Positions 48,720-61,350 of a DNA stretch of 64,000 nt are shown here, one piece after another. The translations under genes and the position numbers were made by a program. Positions within the stretch are counted from its first letter, which is position 1. Each line of letters starts with the position of its first letter. The stretch is from Octopus bimaculoides (lineage: Eukaryota): the NCBI RefSeq assembly GCF_001194135.2, contig NC_068985.1, positions 118,323,515 through 118,387,514 on the forward strand, in the 5' to 3' direction. The notes beneath the pieces are model-generated. The model was not told the DNA's origin. It saw only the letters and a list, made by a program, of their open reading frames with translations, and searched no databases.

Positions 48720-48790
48720 TGCATCGGCCGGGAATCGAACCCGGGCCGCCCGCGTGGCAGGCGAGCATTCTACCACTGAACCACCGATGC
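48720..48790 (-). tRNA. tRNA-Gly (GCC), intact
   Basis: Reverse complement GCATCGGTGGTTCAGTGGTAGAATGCTCGCCTGCCACGCGGGCGGCCCGGGTTCGATTCCCGGCCGATGCA folds as a full cloverleaf with GCC anticodon and A/B boxes. Confidence 0.96.
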
Positions 48791-49198
48791 TCACACGATA
48801 AAGATGCTTATTTAAGTGATACATTATTTATAAATGGATTCTTAGTTTGGAACTGAATATTTGAATAAACCAACCAACCGACAAACAAACAAACAATCAA
48901 ATAAATGAATGAATGAATGAATAAATCAATAAATAAATAAATATTTGATAAACATATTTAGAACCCAAAAGAAAGTAATGATTTCATTGCATCAAACGGC
49001 AACAAGACCTGGTCCGCACGCATGGCAGCAGGCATTCCACAAATAAACTCTTGGTACATATGTCTTCCTATAATTGTTTCTACTTTAGGTACAAAGCCTT
49101 AAATTTTAAGAGTAGGATACGAGTCGACAAAATCGACCCCATTACCTGACAAATATTCTATTTTATCATCTCCAGAGGAATGCTAGATACAATCTCCC

Positions 49199-49447
49199 GG
49201 TACTACTAAAGCAGCGCGGACCCGAACGCGCAGTCGCGCGTCCGCACAAGCTAGTCTTGAGTGGTCGATCCTAACCCTAACCCTAACCCTAACCCTGTCC
49301 CTAACCCTAACCCTAACCCTAACCCTATCCCTAACCCGCGTGTGCAAACGAATACGTGTTTAGGGTTAGGGTTAGGATCGACCACTCACGACTAGCTAGC
49401 GCGGACGCGCGACTGCGAGTTCAGGTCCGCGCTGCTTTAGTAGTATC
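49199..49447. mobile_element. Second copy of the telomeric-repeat MITE, opposite orientation
   Basis: Same TIRs, with the spacer reverse-complemented. TSD CAATCTCCC at 49190-49198 and 49448-49456. Confidence 0.88.
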
Positions 49448-49944
49448 CAATCTCCCTTATGTTAAGATACTACTTATTAATGAATTTTCGCTAAATAATT
49501 TTATAGTCATTTGCTTTTCAAAAGATGAAAAAAATTTTTTTTTACTGCAGCGATTGCATGTCGGCTGTCAACGTTGTTGCTGCAGCCGTAAAATACTTAC
49601 ACTGTAGATTACTTTATGATGCTTAGCATATTCTTCACAGCTGAAGTACAACCTTACAGTTATGTCTTAACTCTCCCTAAGTATTTAATGATGATGAGAA
49701 AGAGAGTAAGTTATTCTTTGTTCGTATAGTAGTGTTTACCTTGGTGTTGTACAATGTTTACTTATAGGAGCGGGTCTGTGACTGTATCGTAAAAAGTTTG
49801 CTTCCCGAGCACATGATTCCGGATTCAGTCCCACCGTCTTTTTCTATAGCCGCGGGCCGACTAAAACCTTGTGGGTGGATTTGATAGACGGAAACCGAAA
49901 GAAACCCGTGTATAAGTGTGTGCGTGCGTGCGTGCGTGTGTGCA

Positions 49945-49991
<47 letters not shown>

Positions 49992-51077
49992 GTTTTTGCC
50001 CATTCCCCCACCGCTTGACAACCGGTTTTGGTGTGTTTACGTCCCTGTTAATTAGCGGTTCAGATTTATAGAATAAGAAACAAACTTTAAAAAAATNNNN
50101 NNNNNNNNNNNNNNNNNNNNNNNNNNNNNNNNNNNNNNNNNNNNNNNNNNNNNNNNNNNNNNNNNNNNNNNNNNNNNNNNNNNNNNNNNNNNNNNNNNNN
50201 NNNNNNNNNNNNNNNNNNNNNNNNNNNNNNNNNNNNNNNNNNNNNNNNNNNNNNNNNNNNNNNNNNNNNNNNNNNNNNNNNNNNNNNNNNNNNNNNNNNN
50301 NNNNNNNNNNNNNNNNNNNNNNNNNNNNNNNNNNNNNNNNNNNNNNNNNNNNNNNNNNNNNNNNNNNNNNNNNNNNNNNNNNNNNNNNNNNNNNNNNNNN
50401 NNNNNNNNNNNNNNNNNNNNNNNNNNNNNNNNNNNNNNNNNNNNNNNNNNNNNNNNNNNNNNNNNNNNNNNNNNNNNNNNNNNNNNNNNNNNNNNNNNNN
50501 NNNNNNNNNNNNNNNNNNNNNNNNNNNNNNNNNNNNNNNNNNNNNNNNNNNNNNNNNNNNNNNNNNNNNNNNNNNNNNNNNNNNNNNNNNNNNNNNNNNN
50601 NNNNNNNNNNNNNNNNNNNNNNNNNNNNNNNNNNNNNNNNNNNNNNNNNNNNNNNNNNNNNNNNNNNNNNNNNNNNNNNNNNNNNNNNNNNNNNNNNNNN
50701 NNNNNNNNNNNNNNNNNNNNNNNNNNNNNNNNNNNNNNNNNNNNNNNNNNNNNNNNNNNNNNNNNNNNNNNNNNNNNNNNNNNNNNNNNNNNNNNNNNNN
50801 NNNNNNNNNNNNNNNNNNNNNNNNNNNNNNNNNNNNNNNNNNNNNNNNNNNNNNNNNNNNNNNNNNNNNNNNNNNNNNNNNNNNNNNNNNNNNNNNNNNN
50901 NNNNNNNNNNNNNNNNNNNNNNNNNNNNNNNNNNNNNNNNNNNNNNNNNNNNNNNNNNNNNNNNNNNNNNNNNNNNNNNNNNNNNNNNNNNNNNNNNNNN
51001 NNNNNNNNNNNNNNNNNNNNNNNNNNNNNNNNNNNNNNNNNNNNNNNNNNNNNNNNNNNNNNNNNNNNNNNNNNNNN

Positions 51078-51475
51078 TGAATAAAATTAGTGCGGTTGTT
51101 TGTCAACCTACAGAATTGGTCCCTAGAGCAGTAAAAGAATGTTATTTTCTCGGACGAGTTATCCTTTACCTTATTTCCGACCACCGGCCGAATATACGTG
51201 TGGAGACAGCCAAAAGAAGCATTTGACCCAGAGTGTCTTCTCCCAACTGTTAAACATGGAGGAGGATCTGTGATGAACTGGGGGGGCTATATATTGGAAA
51301 TCCGCCGGCCCAATAGTTTCCCTTCATGGCAGAATTAATAGTCAAGATCACTTAAGCATTTTATCTAATTAAATTCATTCTATGGTTGCGCAACTGTTTC
51401 AGGAGGGAAACGCAATCGTTCAGGGTGATAATGCACCAATTCACACAGCAAAAGTTGTTACTGAAAGACAATAAT
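51078..51475 (+). mobile_element. Tc1-family DDE transposase fragment (frameshifted)
   Basis: VIFSDE..FTLF...GRIYVWRQPKEAFDPECLLPTVKHGGGSVM.WG and QGDNAPIHTAK motifs. Confidence 0.85.
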
Positions 51476-53104
51476 TACAACGCCATATGCCCTACGCGGA
51501 GTAGATGGAACAGGGACAACTGAAGAAGGGAAATATTCTTTATGTTGCATGTCTCGTTTCTCTGTTTGTTTTTTGTTTTTTTTCGTTGTTCGAAAAAAAG
51601 TTTGTTTTCTGTCTTCGTCTTTATGTTTTCATTTCTCATTGTGTTTAACGATTTTTGGGTACACGTCATGTACCCAGTTATGTATCTATATGTACATGTA
51701 GATGAACGTATATACATACATGTACATATATATGCATATACTCATATATTGTTTATATATATATATATGTATAGNNNNNNNNNNNNNNNNNNNNNNNNNN
51801 NNNNNNNNNNNNNNNNNNNNNNNNNNNNNNNNNNNNNNNNNNNNNNNNNNNNNNNNNNNNNNNNNNNNNNNNNNNNNNNNNNNNNNNNNNNNNNNNNNNN
51901 NNNNNNNNNNNNNNNNNNNNNNNNNNNNNNNNNNNNNNNNNNNNNNNNNNNNNNNNNNNNNNNNNNNNNNNNNNNNNNNNNNNNNNNNNNNNNNNNNNNN
52001 NNNNNNNNNNNNNNNNNNNNNNNNNNNNNNNNNNNNNNNNNNNNNNNNNNNNNNNNNNNNNNNNNNNNNNNNNNNNNNNNNNNNNNNNNNNNNNNNNNNN
52101 NNNNNNNNNNNNNNNNNNNNNNNNNNNNNNNNNNNNNNNNNNNNNNNNNNNNNNNNNNNNNNNNNNNNNNNNNNNNNNNNNNNNNNNNNNNNNNNNNNNN
52201 NNNNNNNNNNNNNNNNNNNNNNNNNNNNNNNNNNNNNNNNNNNNNNNNNNNNNNNNNNNNNNNNNNNNNNNNNNNNNNNNNNNNNNNNNNNNNNNNNNNN
52301 NNNNNNNNNNNNNNNNNNNNNNNNNNNNNNNNNNNNNNNNNNNNNNNNNNNNNNNNNNNNNNNNNNNNNNNNNNNNNNNNNNNNNNNNNNNNNNNNNNNN
52401 NNNNNNNNNNNNNNNNNNNNNNNNNNNNNNNNNNNNNNNNNNNNNNNNNNNNNNNNNNNNNNNNNNNNNNNNNNNNNNNNNNNNNNNNNNNNNNNNNNNN
52501 NNNNNNNNNNNNNNNNNNNNNNNNNNNNNNNNNNNNNNNNNNNNNNNNNNNNNNNNNNNNNNNNNNNNNNNNNNNNNNNNNNNNNNNNNNNNNNNNNNNN
52601 NNNNNNNNNNNNNNNNNNNNNNNNNNNNNNNNNNNNNNNNNNNNNNNNNNNNNNNNNNNNNNNNNNNNNNNNNNNNNNNNNNNNNNNNNNNNNNNNNNNN
52701 NNNNNNNNNNNNNNNNNNNNNTACACGTCATGTACCCAGTTATGTATCTATATGTACATGTAGATGAACGTATATACATACATGTACATATATATGCATA
52801 TACTCATATATTGTTTATATATATATATATGTATAGGCAATCCTTCGGAAATGGTCTCTCAAGACTGAAATTATTCGGCAATTTCCGAAAAAATTTCTAC
52901 TTCAATAATCTTCAGCCGAATAGTAAAAAACAAGGCCGCGTGTCGTGCACACATACACGCACTAACACACACAAACACAAACACGCGCGAACACACGCAC
53001 ACATACGCGCGCGCGCGTACCCTCATTGTCATTCATGTCCACTCGGAAGTTGAACAGTGAAACACACTCCAACATACACTCGCACAGACACTCTCACACA
53101 CACA

Positions 53105-53995
53105 TACGTCTAATAAATAAGTATCCGGACTGTTAACATACTAACGAAGCTAAACTAAAGCACGCAATGTGAAGCCGCTTGGCACAGATTCACCTTAAAC
53201 ACTGCTGTGCATGTGCACTAAGTTTTAACGTTGTAGCTCACTTTCGCTCTTTAAAGTAGTGCTTGGAAGGAAGGTGTATAATGTGTGATCGTCGCATCGA
53301 CCATGCCAGAGAAAGCTGAGCAGAGAATCTGTATCAAATTTTGCCAAAAGCTTGGCGATACTTGCTCAGAGCCCAACGCAAAGTTTTCAAGAAGTTTTCA
53401 TCGTTCTCGACACAATCAGAATCATGTGCAACTGAAACCCCGAGTGTCTTTTTGGTCAGCTGAAAGCAGTTTTGGCACAAACTTGGTAGACATACGTCTC
53501 ATACGCAAATCTTCGGTGATAATGGACTGAACTGAACCGTAACTAATCTGCACATCCTCTGATAACTCACGGATGGTGATTCGACGATTTTCCCTCACAA
53601 CTGCATGCACATCTGCGATGTCTTTCCCAGTTCTGCTGGTTGCGGGTCTCCCAGAACGTTCGTCAATATTGATATTTTTTTCGGAAGCATCTGAACCACT
53701 GGTACACTTGTGTGCGTCTCATACACCCCTCTCCATACACTTTCTGCAACTTTGCGTAGGCCTCTGAGCAGGTATCGTCATGTCAACTTTCTCTGTCATG
53801 GTCAATACGACGATCATACGCTACACACGTTCCTTTCAAACACTGCTGTAAATAGTAGAAGTGAACTAGAATGTTAAAACTTAGTGCGCATGCACAGCAG
53901 AGTTTAAGGTCGATTTTTCCCAAGCAGTTTTACTCTGCGTGCTTTAGTTTCGTTACTATGACAACAGTCCGGATACTTATTGATCAGACCTCGTA
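53105..53995. mobile_element. Mariner-type element built from two inverted 5' ends
   Basis: TIR TACGAGGTCTGATCAATAAGTATCCGGACTG on the right, degenerate copy on the left. Transposase N-terminus EQRICIKFCQKLG on +, and HTH region VHAVVRENRRITIRELSEDVQISYGSVQSIITEDL..KFVPKLLS on -. Confidence 0.85.
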
Positions 53996-55413
53996 CGCAT
54001 ATATATATATATACATACATACACATACATACATAAATATGTGTACGTATTTTGTTTTCACGAATCGCTTGCTTATGTATTTTTTGTGTATGTATGTATG
54101 TTTGTGTGTCTATACATGTATAGGTCCGTGTGTGAGATGAAAAAGCCTAAAGAAATTAAAAAAACTTTACGGAAATTGCAGAACAGTTCAGTTGTGTGAG
54201 ACCATCTCTGGAGGTTCGCGTACATACACACACACACACAACTGTGACTAATACTCATTTTCAGAGTAGTGGTCTGAAGCAGCAATCATTAGTCTGCGGC
54301 TAAGCTGGAGCACTGCCCTGAAAGGCTGTCAGCCGAACAAATCGTCCCCAATACTTATTTTTTAAGTCTGGTACTTACCCTATTCGTTTCTTTGCCGAAC
54401 GGCGGTTGTCGAGCACCGGTTGTTAAGCGGTTGGAGGGACAAACATAGACACAAACATAAAGATGCAAAGACTGACATAAATACATACGATGGACTTCCA
54501 CATAAAAATAACAACCGAAAGACCTCGATTCTCACTAAAGTAGGGTTTTATTTAGGTTCTGCACAGTTAGAACCATCCGTGCTCTGTTAGACTGTTTATT
54601 GGGATCTTTCTGAGTTGACGGGCACCACTTTTCATTTATGTTTTATATAGTGTTTTTGGTACCGAAACACTTTCAAACTTCATATACTTGTATATTTTGT
54701 GTTATAGAACAGATAAAAAATTTTGTATTCGAAGTTATTTCATGTAAAAAATTGTCGTGTGATTTTATTGGTGTTAATAAGTTTAGTTTCGTCGGGTATG
54801 AAAAAATCCTAATAGTTTTGGCCATTTTCGAGGGAGTAATAAAATAATAGACGGCGCAAGTAAAAGAGAAGTGATGAGGTTACAATGTAGGGCTATGATG
54901 TTCAAGAGATTANNNNNNNNNNNNNNNNNNNNNNNNNNNNNNNNNNNNNNNNNNNNNNNNNNNNNNNNNNNNNNNNNNNNNNNNNNNNNNNNNNNNNNNN
55001 NNNNNNNNNNNNNNNNNNNNNNNNNNNNNNNNNNNNNNNNNNNNNNNNNNNNNNNNNNNNNNNNNNNNNNNNNNNNNNNNNNNNNNNNNNNNNNNNNNNN
55101 NNNNNNNNNNNNNNNNNNNNNNNNNNNNNNNNNNNNNNNNNNNNNNNNNNNNNNNNNNNNNNNNNNNNNNNNNNNNNNNNNNNNNNNNNNNNNNNNNNNN
55201 NNNNNNNNNNNNNNNNNNNNNNNNNNNNNNNNNNNNNNNNNNNNNNNNNNNNNNNNNNNNNNNNNNNNNNNNNNNNNNNNNNNNNNNNNNNNNNNNNNNN
55301 NNNNNNNNNNNNNNNNNNNNNNNNNNNNNNNNNNNNNNNNNNNNNNNNNNNNNNNNNNNNNNNNNNNNNNNNNNNNNNNNNNNNNNNNNNNNNNNNNNNN
55401 NNNNNNNNNNNNN

Positions 55414-56520
55414 ATCTCAAACGTCACAGGCTGGGAGAGATAGTTCATTGTCAGGTCCCGATAATTCAGGGTTTTCTTTCGTTCGGCTACGGAAGCAGTG
55501 ACATCCCCCATTAACTGCAACATCCAGGATGTGGGAGAGAGTAAAGGAGTCGCAGACTGGCGTCCTAAATTAGGCAACTACCTTTAACCCAGGGACAGAG
55601 GGTAAGACTATCTGGTCTCTTTTCATCACTTCTGGATAACCCAGGAACCAGGGGGGGGGGGATATTAATCCGAGCTAGGCCCCGCTTAATGATTCGGTTT
55701 AGCTCGTGTGACGAGCGAAGCGACCAGCATTTAGGTGGTAAGACAGACCGTGAAAACCTGTGGGGCCGAGGGGCTTACCACAGCAGCACCTCAGTACCCT
55801 ACGGTCGTCAGTTCCCACTCCGAGTACGATGGAGTGCGGATTTCATCTAGACTGAGTAAACCTCCAATGTTGGCCACAAGCAGGGCATTGATTCAGTCCC
55901 CTGAGAATTTTGCACTCACTGAAAGTGGGTAACACCTTGAAAATTGATCAGATTGATCAAGGAGAGAATTGAAAGTGGCACCTGAACACAGATTGTCCCA
56001 TACTCTCTGTTTCTATCTATCCTCCACTGTAACTGTAACTGACAAACCCAGCTCTTTCCACTGTGGTAGAGCTTCATCAACCTCCCTGTAGGAATTAGTC
56101 TATGTTGGGGAGGAGAGGATGTTGCCTACCAAAGGAGAGCAAGCATGGATAGAGGGAAGAAAACAGAGAAGAGATAAAGACGTGTAAACCTAGACCCCCC
56201 AAACCGTTTGAGCAAAGCAGCTTAGTCGCGGGAGTCTGGGGTGAGTTTGACATTGATCAAGCATTTGAGTTTCTGAAGATTAGGTCGTCAAAGTATTGGA
56301 GGGACGCCAGGAATTTGTAAGAGGGACTAACTCTGAGAAAATACAATAGCTTAGGATTTGACAAGTAATTCTTAAGTATAAAAAAAAACCTTGGTGGGGC
56401 TCAATTACTTCAAGGTTTTTAAAAAGTTGTTCGAGGTTAGCCATTTTTGATCTAAAGATGGATTCGAAAGCTAGGTCAGTAATTGGGGATCCAAGGGAGC
56501 ACCACGCTGATGAAGGAGGA
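55414..56520 (-). mobile_element. Second CRE-clade fragment (post-RT region to REL), decayed
   Basis: GAPL...PKLLYFLRVSP....FD....GGLGL near 56150-56500 and AERKK.LNYRDL...PVTFE near 55420-55540. Shares nucleotide blocks with 44335-45090 (gaagcgaccagcatt; caccttgaaaa). 3' end lost in the N gap. Confidence 0.7.
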
Positions 56521-57102
56521 TTTGCGATTGAGGGAACGGAGTCAACAAATAGTTTAGTAGTCTCTTTCTTTCCATTCGATTCATCGCTTGAGCTCGGTTT
56601 GTTGGAAGTGCTGATCGATCAGACAGCGTTATAACCCTGCAAAGTAGTATTCAGCTTTCACTGTCTCTGCTTTGAAACCATCTGATAACATAGTGATTAT
56701 GGTGTAGGCTCTCGTGCTCTCGTTTATAAAAACGCATGTTGTCTCCTTGAACAAGTCACTTCATTTCACGTTGTTCCAATCTACTCAGTTGATTGTGCAG
56801 CTCTCTTTTCCTCCATCTCCCACATTTTGGACGTGACCTGGGTCTGTCAAAAATGAGGTGATCTCAGAGGATGTTTGTGACTACATAAGTACTTAAAACA
56901 ACAAAAGCAAGGCACATTTTATTAACATATAACGCTTGCAAGTGACGGCTAGCTGAATTGTAAAACACACACACACACACACACGCACGCACACACAGAG
57001 GGTGATGGGAGTGAGGAGTACACACCTGTATTCTTGAAGAGCGCATAACTTGCCAGTGGCTTAAAAACCAACAAATTATCAATGGCTGAGAAATAGAAGG
57101 AA

Positions 57103-57135
<33 letters not shown>

Positions 57136-57788
57136 GATAGAGGGAGAGAGACAGAGAGAGAGAAGGGGGGACTGAACAGGTAAAAGTTGGAAGGATCTTT
57201 ACTGTTTCCATTCTGTTATTATATTTACCGTGTTGTTATTATTGTTGTTGGTATTTATTAATGTTATTTGTTTGTCATGAGATTGTCAACGATCACGCGA
57301 TGCATTTTCCTTGTTTTGATGGCTTTTAATCCTCTATCTTTTCGTCTTGTGTAAGCCACACAAAAGATCTATGTAAGTGTGTATAATTATGTATATGCAT
57401 GTGCGTGCGTGTGAATGTGTGTGTATGTATGCATGCATGCATGCATGTATGTATGTATGTATGCATGTATGTATGTATTTAGGTGTGTGCGTGCGCATAC
57501 GTTCTAGTTTGTTTAGGGATTATATATATATACGCATGTTAGTAATATTTATGCATTTTTCTCTCTCCCCTCTACCCCTCTCTCTCTCTCTCTCTCTCTC
57601 TTTGTAAACACGCACACACGCATACATACCAGATGCGTAAATGGAGTAGATAGGTCAGGCGAGAAGTCATCCTCGGGCGTAGGTATAAAGGAGTGAGGGG
57701 TAGAATATCTTCTGGCTAATCATACTTGTTAATTAAGGTGGCGGGTAGCAAAAGTGTCTTTGCCCCAGAATACTGAGAACTCTAGCAA

Positions 57789-57832
<44 letters not shown>

Positions 57833-57848
57833 TTACTACTACTTGCGT

Positions 57849-57902
<54 letters not shown>

Positions 57903-59149
57903 NNNNNNNNNNNNNNNNNNNNNNNNNNNNNNNNNNNNNNNNNNNNNNNNNNNNNNNNNNNNNNNNNNNNNNNNNNNNNNNNNNNNNNNNNNNNNNNNNN
58001 NNNNNNNNNNNNNNNNNNNNNNNNNNNNNNNNNNNNNNNNNNNNNNNNNNNNNNNNNNNNNNNNNNNNNNNNNNNNNNNNNNNNNNNNNNNNNNNNNNNN
58101 NNNNNNNNNNNNNNNNNNNNNNNNNNNNNNNNNNNNNNNNNNNNNNNNNNNNNNNNNNNNNNNNNNNNNNNNNNNNNNNNNNNNNNNNNNNNNNNNNNNN
58201 NNNNNNNNNNNNNNNNNNNNNNNNNNNNNNNNNNNNNNNNNNNNNNNNNNNNNNNNNNNNNNNNNNNNNNNNNNNNNNNNNNNNNNNNNNNNNNNNNNNN
58301 NNNNNNNNNNNNNNNNNNNNNNNNNNNNNNNNNNNNNNNNNNNNNNNNNNNNNNNNGTGGTGGTGGTGGTGGTGGTGGTGGTGGTGGTGGTGGTGGTTGT
58401 CGTCGTCTATATTGTTATTGTTCTTGTTATCGCAGCGGCAGGTTTATAATTATTCCGTCTCAGGGAAGAAAGTGATACACTTAATAGCTGTGAGTGATCT
58501 GACCAATATCACGAACATACTTAATATTTTGGTAAGCTTGCGGTTCTTTTTCATTTCCATTATTTTCACTTCCTTATTTTTCCTTATTCCGCTGTTAATT
58601 TTATTTTTCTCCACAATGATTAAGAAAAAATACTCGAGTCGTTGTCATAAACTTACCGTAAACGGGTTTTATTTTAGACTAACTTACTTGAAGATCTGAT
58701 GCCTTTTTTTTCTACCTTTTTACTCCCAGATTTGAAAGAAACTCAATTTTCTTTTCTTAAAGTTTATATCATTTCAGTGTCTTACACCTCACTTCACACG
58801 TCCTCACGTTGATGTTAAAGGCATTCGTCAATGTTGGCAATATCTTTGCATTTGCTTGTGCTATCTGCACATTTATATGCGATTCCTGGGCAAAACTTAT
58901 TGTATAAGAATGGGACTTGCCCACGCACACTAGTCTCCCCACTCTGTGCCATTAATGCTTATCACGGGGAAAGACAACTGATGTTTATCCCAGAGAAAGA
59001 CCGTTGACACAGCTTTGCTCCAGCGTCCTGGCAGATATTGCTGTCAGAATGCAAAGAGCTGAAACAGACGCTGCAAGGTATCTCACCGGACCTTCTAACT
59101 GTTCTGCCGGTCCATCGCTCTGAATCGATTCATTTTTATTGATCACACA

Positions 59150-59234
<85 letters not shown>

Positions 59235-60877
59235 AGGAAAAGTTGACTTGGGTGGTATTTGAACACCGGACGAAGGGAATTGAAACAAATACCAAGGGAC
59301 ATTCTATCCAATTAGCCAACACTGCAACGACTTAATCCATTGTCTCATATTGGTCAGATCCCTTTGATTTTTTATGAATATCAAGACCAAGGTCTTCCAC
59401 GGTAGAGCGTAGCAATATTTTGGTGGGGGTCTAGATTACTTTAGAACACGGCATAAATAAATAACAAGTGTATAAAGAATATGTAAGTACTAATATTCTT
59501 GATTAAGTATATTCTTTATTTCGCTCTCTGTTTCTGTCTGCCTGTCTCTCTGACGATGGTATAGCTGGCTTACGTGGAAATCTTTACTCAAATAGTATTA
59601 TGATCCACATGCTTAGTTGTTCTAGAAACAGCTGTAAGGGACTTTACGTATTTACTATAACAACTTTATAATATGTTTAAACTATGTTTAAATTATTGAT
59701 TGAAGGCTGTAAAGTGATACTACATGTTTTGCTTGTTTATCCACTGTCTCTGACGAGCTGGCAAAATCGTTAGTATGCTGTACAAAATGCTTAGCGGCAT
59801 TCCGTCCGTCTTCATAAAAATGCAACAAGAACAACAATTGCAATGGTTCTGATTGTAGCACCTCCAATATCATGATTTGCAATAACAACAAAGATAACAG
59901 CAACAGCAACAACAAATCTTTTAAGGAGCTTTTACGTAGACGTTCCAGCTCCTAGTTAGAAATAACAGTCAAATTAATCTCACGTCTTTAAATATGGGAA
60001 GGGCACATTCGATAACGTCGACGTGTATACTCTTAAAAAAAAAGGCAGAATAGTTACGGTTGGAACGTCTTTGATCATACATAGGTCTGTTCAGTCAGGG
60101 CTGATCTGCAGCGAACCTGCTGCTAATCAGTATCATCAACGACAACGACGAAGGACCTTCTATGCTTGAAATGGCTACTCGACTTGTTTTCTTTTTAGTT
60201 AAGTATTCCAGGTCCCTTTTCCCAACCTTGTAGTCTCCACCACTACCTGCGTCCCCCACCGGACAAAGTAATGCACTGGGGCACCGACATACGCAACTTA
60301 CATGTTTGCCGCAAATACATATATAATTTTTAGGCCCTGCTCCCGTGAGACCTCTGGACAAATGCTCCAAAGACGGCATTGAAGTAGTTTTGTGCAATTA
60401 TCATCGGAAGGAGAAGTGAACAAACCTGAAGAAGTGTTAAATCTCAATGAAATCGGTTGGTTTGATCCTCGTACCAAACTGCTGCAAGCCACCTCATGGG
60501 CTTGATTTTACATTGAAACTAAATGCATATGGAAATGAGTATGTATATTTACTTTTCTTTCTCACAGCATATATACTTCACTGTATAATTCTGGGATGTG
60601 AAGCGCAGGTTATAGCACAATTTCTACAAATGTCGTGCTCACTATCATTTAGATATAACGATAGCTACATCGAGATGTCTTTGGTAGTGTCATGAAGCAT
60701 CTCAGTTATTTGTATTTAATATCTGGAATATTTTCTGGTTGTACACTGTATTTATATGTAGTGAAAATTATCCATTGAATAGTTTCTTATTTATAATGTC
60801 TTAATGAATAATTACAGATGGGTATTTTATAAATTTGTGTGTGCGTGTGTGTGTGTGTGTGTGCGCGTGTGTGTGTG

Positions 60878-60912
<35 letters not shown>

Positions 60913-61350
60913 ATTCAAATACAAATTAGAAGCAGCTCGAGATATATAAACAAAAGCGAACACACATACACAAGATGTGTCTGCTGTTAGATTGTGGGTC
61001 GGTTGCGTTTTCGACGTAAGAGAATACTTTCTCAAGATGCCTGGTGTAGAAAACACCTGAAAGCAAGTCATAGGAAAGCGAGACAATTCGTATAAGGTTC
61101 CTTCTCGGACCGACAGACATCGATGTTTCGTCATTGTTGTGACTTTTCAATGTCGCATACCGAACATGGCCCGCTGCAAGTTATATCGTCGGCTATGACA
61201 ATATGCTAAATGGTTTAGGAACCATCTGCTGGCATGTCCCAGCATTTCATGCCATACATATACTCACATACACATATGCACATACATACATATCCACATA
61301 CACATGCACACACATATGCACATACACATATATATGTACTTATATTTATA

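Noticed and set aside
60335-60500. Protein-like frame with an in-frame TGA (possible selenoprotein exon) and a nearby CTGAAGA..GAAA
   Set aside because: No recognisable homology or SECIS, splice sites are unconvincing, and hammerhead stems do not form.
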